Of a stretch of DNA of 24,000 nucleotides, positions 9,701 to 15,805 are shown in pieces. The notes beneath the pieces are model-generated. The model saw nothing but the letters and a program-made list of their open reading frames with translations, ran no database searches and had not been told where the DNA came from. Positions within the stretch are counted from its first letter, which is position 1, and each line of letters begins with the position of its first letter. The DNA lies in assembly GCA_035707405.1 (NCBI GenBank), contig DASSUC010000150.1, positions 2,876-26,875 of the forward strand, given 5' to 3'. The DNA comes from Micromonosporaceae bacterium (GTDB taxonomy: Bacteria; Actinomycetota; Actinomycetes; Mycobacteriales; Micromonosporaceae). A program made the translations under genes and the position numbers.

Positions 9701-11359
9701 GACTACATGGTTCCCGGTCGGGTCGTGTTCCTCGCCGAGCTGCCGCTCACTCCCAATGGCAAGATCGACCGCAACCGCCTGCCCCGGCCGGACCGCCGCA
9801 TTGAGGCCGACCCGGGCCCGGCCGCCGCGCCGCCCGGCTCCGCTGCGCCCTCCACCGCGCCGCGCACCGAGACCGAGCAGGCCATCGCGGGCATCTGGCG
9901 GGACCTGCTCGGGCTGGGCGAGGTAGGGGTGGAGGACAGCTTCTTCGAGCTGGGCGGGCACTCCCTGCTGGCGACCAAGCTCATCTTCCGGATCCGCGAG
10001 GTCCTCGGCGTCGACCTGCCGCTCAACGCCCTCTTCGAGGGCGCGCCCACCGTCGCCGGGCTCGCCGCGCTCGTCACCGAAGGGAGCGACGCCTCCGGCG
10101 GTGACGAGGAGGTTCCCGACCTGGCCGAGGAGGCGCGGCTGGCCGATGACATCCGTCCGTCGCCCGGCGCGCACGTGCATTCGGTGCGGCACCCCCAGCA
10201 CATCCTGCTCACCGGTGCCACCGGCTTCGTCGGCGCGTTCCTGCTCGCCGAGCTGCTGCGCGTCACCGAGGCGACGGTCTTCTGCCTGGTCCGCGCGGCC
10301 TCCGCCGGGGAGGGCAGGGAGCGCATCCGTGACGCGATGACGGAGTTCGGGATCTGGGACACCGCCATGGCCGGACGCATCATCCCGGTGGTCGGCACCC
10401 TGGGCCGCCCGCGCCTCGGCCTCAGCCGGCCGCTGTGGCACCACCTGGCGGAGATGGTGGACGTCATCTACCACTGCGGCGCAGAGGTGAACTTCCTGCT
10501 CAAGTACCGGGCGATGAAGCCTGCCAACGTGGCGGGCACCGAGGAGATACTCCGGCTGGCCTGCCGCGGCCCGGTCAAGCCGGTGCACCTCGTCTCCACG
10601 CTCTTTGTCTTCTCCCGTTTCAGCTACCCACCGGGAACGGTGCTCACCGAGGACATGGAGCCGCTGCACGACCTCGACCACACGTTCGGGTACACGCAGA
10701 GCAAGTGGGTCAGCGAGCAGCTGGTCCGCGAGGCCGGGCGCCGTGGCCTGCCCGTCTACATCTACCGGTTGGGCCGGGTCGCCGGGCACAGCAGGACCGG
10801 GGCCTGCCAGACGTACGACTTCATGTGGCAGGTCACGAAGGTGGGGGTCGAAATGGCCGCTGCCCCGGTCATGGACATGGGGATGGACCTCACGCCGGTC
10901 GACTACGTCGCCAGCGCACTGGTCCACCTGTCCCGCCAACCGGCGCTGGAGGGCAAGGCGTTCCACCTGCTCGCTCCGAAGGAGATCCCGGAGCGCGAGC
11001 TCGTCGACTGGCTGGAACGCTACGGGTACCACACCGACAAGGTCACCTTCCAGGAGTGGTGCGTGCGGGTGGTCCAGCGCGCCGCCGAGCTGTCCGACCG
11101 GACCGCCGGGGCGCTGGCGCCGTTCCTCTCCGGGACGCTGCCGCTGGACCGGATCCCCGCCGCCCGTTACGACCAGCGCAACGTCGAGCAGGGCCTGGCC
11201 GGAAGCGGCATCCAGTGCCCGCCGCTGACGGAGGACCTCCTGCGCACCTACCTCGACTACTTCCGGGACAGCGGTTACCTACCGGCACCCACCGGGGCCG
11301 TCCCGGTGACGACCGCGCACGCGACCACCGCACCAACCGTCGGAGAGGCGTACCGATGA
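6752..11359 (+). CDS. Non-ribosomal peptide synthetase, C-A-T-R (terminal thioester reductase), predicted glycine-activating
   Basis: GTG 6752 overlaps the PKS stop (GTGA), indicating translational coupling. C domain: [10 protein letters not shown]. A domain: [52 protein letters not shown]. T domain: [10 protein letters not shown] (Ser codon 9962-9964). SDR-type reductase: [15 protein letters not shown] and YTQSK. A manual alignment to GrsA-PheA gives the specificity code D-I-L-Q-L-G-M-I-W-K, one residue away from the canonical Gly code DILQLGLIWK. Confidence 0.95.
   Translation: [1535 protein letters not shown]
8390..8440 (+). repeat. 18-bp in-frame tandem repeat (about 2.8 copies) inside the NRPS A domain
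   Basis: The copies are GCACCAGACGCAGACACT (8390-8407), GCACCAGACGCACACACT (8408-8425) and GCACCAGACGCACAC (8426-8440). They encode [17 protein letters not shown], between the A1 region ([10 protein letters not shown]) and the A2 region ([11 protein letters not shown]). Confidence 0.9.
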
Positions 11360-12339
11360 AGGCAGCCCGAATTCACCAGACCGGTAGTCCCGAGGTGCTT
11401 GAGCTGGAGGAGGTCGACGTCCCGGTCCCGGTGGACGACCGGGTCCTCATCCGCGTCGGCGTGGCAGGGGTGAACTTCACCGACGTCATGGCCCGGCAGG
11501 GTGTCTACATCAGCCGGGACGTCGCGCCGGCGCTGCCGGCCATCCTCGGCACCGAGGTGGCCGGCGTCGTGACCGCCACCGGCCCGGGCGTCACCGAGGA
11601 CCTGGCCGGCAAGCGGGTCATCGCCTTCGTCCGTGGCGGCTACGCCGAGTACGCGGTCGCGTCGCGGCAGCTCGTCGCGGAGCTGCCGCCCGGCATCGAC
11701 CTGGCCGACGCGACCGCGTTCCTGGTCCAGGGGGTCACCGCCTGGCAGCTGCTGCGGGAGTGCGGGCGCATCGACCGAGGCGAGACCGTCCTGGTGCACA
11801 CAGCAGCCGGCGGTGTGGGCACGCTCGCGGTCCAGCTCGCCAAGGCGCTCGGAGCATCAACCGTCATCGCGACTGCCGGGTCGGCCGACAAGCGCAAGCT
11901 CGCCGCCGAGCTCGGTGCCGACGTCACGGTCGACTACACCGTCCCCGACTGGGCGGACGCGGTGCTCGCGTCGACCGGTGGGCAGGGTGTGGACATCATC
12001 CTCGACGCCGTCGGAGGGGATGTCGGCGAGCAGAGCCTCGCCTGCCTGGCACCGTTCGGCAGGCTCGTGTCCTACGGCGTGTCGAGCAAGCTGCTCGCCG
12101 CGTTCTCCGGGTCGCAGCTCATGCAGAAGAACCAGTCGGTCACCGGCTACTGGCTGACCGGCCGGCTCGCCCGCGACAGCAGGCCGGTCATGGACGCCGT
12201 CGCGAGCCTGCTGGAGCTGGCGGGCCAGGGCCGGATCCACGCGGTTGTCCGGCACGCCTTCCCGCTGGAGAAGGTGGCTGATGCGCACCGGGCGATCAGC
12301 GACCGTGGCACCGTCGGCAAAGTCGTCCTGACGGTGTAG
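11356..12339 (+). CDS. Zinc-type alcohol dehydrogenase / NADPH:quinone oxidoreductase family (MDR) enzyme; candidate trans-acting enoyl or aldehyde reductase
   Basis: ATG 11356 overlaps the NRPS stop (ATGA). The translation MKAARIHQTGSPEVLELEEVDVPVP...VGVAGVNFTDVMARQGVY, with the AAGGVGTLAVQLAKALGA dinucleotide-binding motif, is typical of the quinone-oxidoreductase subgroup of MDRs. The track ORF 10435-12339 upstream of 11356 is out-of-frame overlap with the NRPS. Confidence 0.85.
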   Translation: MKAARIHQTGSPEVLELEEVDVPVPVDDRVLIRVGVAGVNFTDVMARQGVYISRDVAPALPAILGTEVAGVVTATGPGVTEDLAGKRVIAFVRGGYAEYAVASRQLVAELPPGIDLADATAFLVQGVTAWQLLRECGRIDRGETVLVHTAAGGVGTLAVQLAKALGASTVIATAGSADKRKLAAELGADVTVDYTVPDWADAVLASTGGQGVDIILDAVGGDVGEQSLACLAPFGRLVSYGVSSKLLAAFSGSQLMQKNQSVTGYWLTGRLARDSRPVMDAVASLLELAGQGRIHAVVRHAFPLEKVADAHRAISDRGTVGKVVLTV

Positions 12340-12349
12340 GAAGGCGACC

Positions 12350-13273
12350 ATGAACATACTGATCTACGGAGCGGGCGTCATCGGCCAGATCTACGGCGGT
12401 CGGCTGGCGGAGGGCGGCCACAACGTGACCCTGCTCGCCCGCGGGGACCGGGTCCGGTCGCTGGCCGAGCACGGCGTGACCCTGTGCAAGGACGGCGAGC
12501 TGCGGCAGTGGCGCCCGCAGGTGGTCACCGCAGTCCCTGCGGACACCGTGTTCGACGTTGTCCTCGTGGCGGTCCGCCGGGACCAGGTCGCCCACGCCGC
12601 GCCGCAGCTCGCGCACGTGGCCGCCGACCACGTGGTCTTCCTGCTCAACCAGGGCATCGACCTGGAGGAGCTGCGGCGCAGGACCGGGCCGGAACGGACC
12701 CTCTTCGGCTTCCCCGGAGTGGGGGGCTACCAGTCTTCGGAGACAGCAGTCACCTACATCGAGATACCGCAGCAGAAGACCACGATCGAGCACCGTGCCG
12801 GGCGCGAGCGACCGGTCGTCGAGATGCTGCGGACGGCGGGCTTCCCCGTCGCCGTCAGCGACAGCATGGGGGCGTGGCTGGCGACGCACTCGGTCTTCGT
12901 CACCGCGGTAGGCGCCGCCGTCCTCGCCGAGGGCGGTGACAGCGTCGCCCTCGCCGCGGACCGCAGGCGGGTGGCCGACGTGGTGGCCGCGGTCGGAGAA
13001 GGGTTCCGGGCGCTGTCCCGGCAGGGCATCCCGGTCACACCGGTACCGCTACGGCTGATCTTCACGGTGGTACCCCGGTTCTTTGCGGTCCGCTACTGGC
13101 AACGCCAGCTGCGCGGCCCGGTCGGCACGGTCGCGATCGCTCCGCACATGCGCGCAACGGGGTATACGGAGCTGCCCGTGCTCGGCGCCGACGTACGCCG
13201 CCTCGTGGCCGGGCACGGGCCGACCCCGCACCTGGACCAGCTGCTGGAACCCCTACGGGACAGGGCCTCATGA
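12350..13273 (+). CDS. Ketopantoate reductase (ApbA/PanE) family NAD(P)-dependent oxidoreductase
   Basis: 307-aa ORF with a GGAAGG RBS about 6 nt upstream of ATG 12350. The N-terminal Rossmann motif MNILIYGAGVIGQIYGGRLAEGGHNVTLLAR and the overall length match the 2-dehydropantoate 2-reductase family. Confidence 0.8.
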   Translation: MNILIYGAGVIGQIYGGRLAEGGHNVTLLARGDRVRSLAEHGVTLCKDGELRQWRPQVVTAVPADTVFDVVLVAVRRDQVAHAAPQLAHVAADHVVFLLNQGIDLEELRRRTGPERTLFGFPGVGGYQSSETAVTYIEIPQQKTTIEHRAGRERPVVEMLRTAGFPVAVSDSMGAWLATHSVFVTAVGAAVLAEGGDSVALAADRRRVADVVAAVGEGFRALSRQGIPVTPVPLRLIFTVVPRFFAVRYWQRQLRGPVGTVAIAPHMRATGYTELPVLGADVRRLVAGHGPTPHLDQLLEPLRDRAS

Positions 13274-13280
13274 CCTGACC

Positions 13281-13340
13281 GGCCGGGCAACCACGACACC
13301 GGTCCGGCAACCACGACACCGGCCGGGCAACCACGACACC
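13281..13340. repeat. Intergenic 20-bp tandem repeat, 3 copies plus a degenerate fourth
   Basis: The copies are GGCCGGGCAACCACGACACC (13281-13300), GGTCCGGCAACCACGACACC (13301-13320) and GGCCGGGCAACCACGACACC (13321-13340). A decayed copy follows (GGACAACCACA near 13355-13365). The unit length is not a multiple of 3. The array sits between the stop at 13273 and the A-domain gene start. Confidence 0.9.
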
Positions 13341-13391
13341 AGGTGGCACAACCCGGACAACCACATGACAAGCGAAGGTGGGCTGAGTGGG

Positions 13392-14939
13392 ATGACCACA
13401 GCAGCTGACTCCCCGACCCTGCTGCACGCGTTCCTCGACCAGGTGGACAAGCATCCCCGGCGGGTAGCGATCATTGACGGATCTCGACGGATACGCTACC
13501 GCGACCTAGCCCGGGCAGCCGAGAAGGTGCGCCGGGACCTCGTCGGCGCCGGAGTGCGCCCGTCGGACCACGTCGGCATCTCGATGCAGCGGTCCTGGCG
13601 GGTTGTCGCCGCGATCGTCGGCACGCTCGCCGCCGGCGCCCGCTACGTGCCGCTCGACCCGAGCTACCCGCAGGCGCGGATCGACTTCATGGCCGCCGAC
13701 AGCGGACTGCGTGTGGTGTGCTGCGATGCGGGGCGGCCGGCGAGCGTTCCGCTGGGGCTGACGCAGGTCCCGGTGTCCGGAGACGGCTCCGACGGGCTCC
13801 TGGCACCGGACGCGGCGGAGTCGTCGGGGTATGTCATCTACACGTCGGGCTCTACCGGCAGGCCGAAGGGTGTGGTCATCCCGCAGCAGCACGTGCTGAG
13901 CCTGTTCGGGGGAGCGTGCCGGTCGCACTTCTCCTTCAGCTGCGAGGACGTGTGGACCTTCTTCCACAGCTACAGCTTCGACTTCTCCGTATGGGAGATA
14001 TGGGGAGCGCTCGTCTTCGGCGGCGCCATCGTCATCGTCGACGACGCGGCCAGGCGCGACCCGGGGCAGCTGCTCACCCTCCTCCACGAGCACCGGGTAT
14101 CGGTGCTCAGCCAGGTGCCCAGTCCGTTCAAGTACCTGTCACTGCGGTACGAGATGAGCCCCCGGCCGCTGAGGTCGCTGCGCTACGTCGTGTTCGGCGG
14201 CGAGGCGCTGGACAAACCCTCGGTCCGCACCTGGCTGTCGCTGCGCGACGGCCCCGAACAGCTGGTCAATATGTACGGCATCACCGAGACGACCGTGCAC
14301 GTCACCGCCAAGGTCGTCACGCCGGCGGACGTCGCTGACGACTCGTCACCGACCTCGATCGGCGTTGCCCTCCCGCACCTCGACATCGCCCTGGTCCGGG
14401 CCGATGGCACGGTCGCCGGCGCGGGTGAGCCCGGCGAGATGTGGGTCTCGGGCAGCACGCTCAGCCCGGGCTACGTCGGGAGCCCGGACCTCACCGCCGA
14501 GAGGTTCGTGAACCGCGACCTCGGCAGCGGCACCCGCCGGTGGTACCGCAGCGGCGACGTGGCAAGCCGGCAGCCCGACGGTAACCTGCTCTACCTCGAT
14601 CGGCTCGACTCCCAGGTCAACCTGCGTGGCTTCCGCATCGAGCTGGGTGAGATCGAGGCTGTCCTGCGCCAGAGCGGCGATGTCAGGGACGCGGCTGCCA
14701 CGGTGGTGGCGCTCCCGGGAGACGAACGCACTCTCGTCGCGGCCGTCCTGCCGGTGGACCGGGCCGCTCCGCCGGCAGGCGAGGCACTGCGTGAGATGTG
14801 CCGTGGCAGGCTTCCGTCCTATATGGTTCCCGACCGGGTGATGGTAGTGGAGAAGATCCCCGTGACCCCGGGCGGGGAGAAGGTCGACCGGAAGGCCATC
14901 GCGGCCATGGCAGCCGGCGCTCTGGCCGCGACCTGTTAG
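13392..14939 (+). CDS. Free-standing adenylation (AMP-binding) enzyme, NRPS A-domain type, Thr-like specificity code, no carrier domain
   Basis: Motifs present: [67 protein letters not shown]. The ORF ends about 20 aa after A10, so no T domain is present. The manual specificity code is D-F-W-S-V-G-M-V-H-K, compared with the Thr code DFWNIGMVHK. The start is placed at ATG 13392 (GAAGGTGG upstream). ATG 13365 is an alternative. The track start at 13083 overlaps the preceding gene and the 20-bp repeats. Confidence 0.88.
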   Translation: [515 protein letters not shown]

Positions 14940-14943
14940 CCGT

Positions 14944-15390
14944 CTAGCATTCCTGATCGAGCACCTGCGGTGGGTTCTCTGGTGGCTTCCCCGTCTCGTT
15001 GGACAGGATTGCTGCGTAGCTCATCACCAGAGCCAGGGGAGCCACGTAGAGAGTGGACGGCAGGATGCTCTCCGGCCAGTCATCGGCTGTTGTCAGACCG
15101 ACATAGGCGATGGTGGCCTCCAGCAGGAGGACGGCCGACATGCAGTATCGGCGTGACTTCCGCAGCCGTTCGTCGAGCAGTGTAAGGAAAACTACCAGCG
15201 GCAGCCCGAGGCCGCAGGCCCGGAGCAGCACCGAGGAGTACGAGCCGATAACCCCGGCGGCGACGAGCACGGCGGTGAAGGCCACGATGTTGCCTGCCAC
15301 CCCAATGGCCACGGCGCGGACAAAACTCTTCCAAGAACGCCTCGTGCTGGCCGGGGCCGCCTTATTGTCAAGGTCTGGGTTGCCTGCCAA
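14944..15390 (-). CDS. Small hypothetical integral membrane protein (about 4 predicted TM helices), lower-G+C gene
   Basis: The minus-strand frame has high GC3 and four hydrophobic stretches: FVRAVAIGVAGNIVAFTAVLVAAGVIG, GLGLPLVVFLTLL, MSAVLLLEATIAYVGL and LYVAPLALVMSYAAIL. The start is uncertain. TTG 15390 is preceded by AGGGGG with a 5-nt spacer, and TTG 15423 is an alternative. The 287-aa track ORF extends upstream through the likely promoter. Confidence 0.55.
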   Translation of the reverse strand: MAGNPDLDNKAAPASTRRSWKSFVRAVAIGVAGNIVAFTAVLVAAGVIGSYSSVLLRACGLGLPLVVFLTLLDERLRKSRRYCMSAVLLLEATIAYVGLTTADDWPESILPSTLYVAPLALVMSYAAILSNETGKPPENPPQVLDQEC

Positions 15391-15466
15391 CGTAGCCCCC
15401 TGGAAATCCAGCTCCGAATGCAAGGTAGATCCGCCGGGTCTCGGCCTTGCCAAGAGTTGTGGGTCG

Positions 15467-15472
15467 ATTATA
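15467..15472 (-). promoter_or_regulatory. Perfect TATAAT -10-like hexamer (minus strand) in an AT-rich patch upstream of the membrane-protein gene
   Basis: The minus strand reads ...GATTTAAATCTTTGTTGGTTTCG-TATAAT-CGACCC. This is the only strongly AT-rich patch (about 15465-15505) in the 15390-15806 divergent intergenic region. No good -35 hexamer is present. Confidence 0.35.
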
Positions 15473-15605
15473 CGAAACCAACAAAGATTTAAATCGGTAA
15501 AATAGGCACCTTGTCGGCGGCGCGTCCACTCGGACGGTCCGACCAGGGCGACCTTGGCCGGGCGGGTGATAGTGGGCGGGCGATAGCACGGAGCCGGCCA
15601 TCCGG

Positions 15606-15684
15606 CCGCACAGGGTGTGCGGAGGGCGCCGCGAAACCACGCCGGACGGGCGGACAACGGCCTGAAACCGCACACGGTGTGCGG
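15606..15684. promoter_or_regulatory. Two near-identical 17-bp palindromes upstream of the NOS gene (candidate operator pair or 5'-leader hairpins)
   Basis: CCGCACAGGGTGTGCGG (15606-15622) and CCGCACACGGTGTGCGG (15668-15684) lie 62 bp apart centre to centre. The second is immediately preceded by GAAACC; another GAAACC lies between the two palindromes at 15633-15638. They sit 120-200 nt upstream of ATG 15806. Confidence 0.4.
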
Positions 15685-15805
15685 CGTCGCCCGCCGTGAG
15701 GTGGCCAGAATGTGACCAACGGTGGTCGGTCGACGCCTTGCGCGGGGACCATGCGGTGCCGGCGACCCCCGAGACCGAGCTGGCCGACCTCGGGAGGTTC
15801 CGGGC

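Noticed and set aside
1248-11032. Many long minus-strand or off-frame ORFs overlapping the PKS and NRPS (e.g. 2292-3806, 4385-5092, 5430-6770, 7136-8683, 9584-11032)
   Set aside because: All are antisense or out of frame to ORFs with unambiguous KS/AT/DH/KR/ACP and C/A/T/R motifs. Their translations are low-complexity Arg/Pro/Gly/Ala strings. They are high-G+C shadow ORFs.
10435-11355. N-terminal 307 aa of track ORF 10435-12339
   Set aside because: This part is out-of-frame overlap with the NRPS reductase domain and translates to low-complexity sequence. The MDR-family homology starts at MKAARIHQ (ATG 11356), which overlaps the NRPS stop.
11356-13273. Interpreting the ketopantoate-reductase-family and quinone-oxidoreductase genes as primary-metabolism panE/qor
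   Set aside because: Start/stop overlap with the NRPS and the 10-bp spacing to the next gene place them in the same operon as the assembly line. A pathway-specific reductase role is more parsimonious, although it cannot be proven from sequence alone.
13083-13391. Upstream extension of the A-domain ORF (track start 13083)
   Set aside because: It would overlap the ketopantoate-reductase-family gene by about 190 nt and read through the 20-bp non-codon-periodic repeats. A-domain homology begins only at ...[18 protein letters not shown] after ATG 13392.
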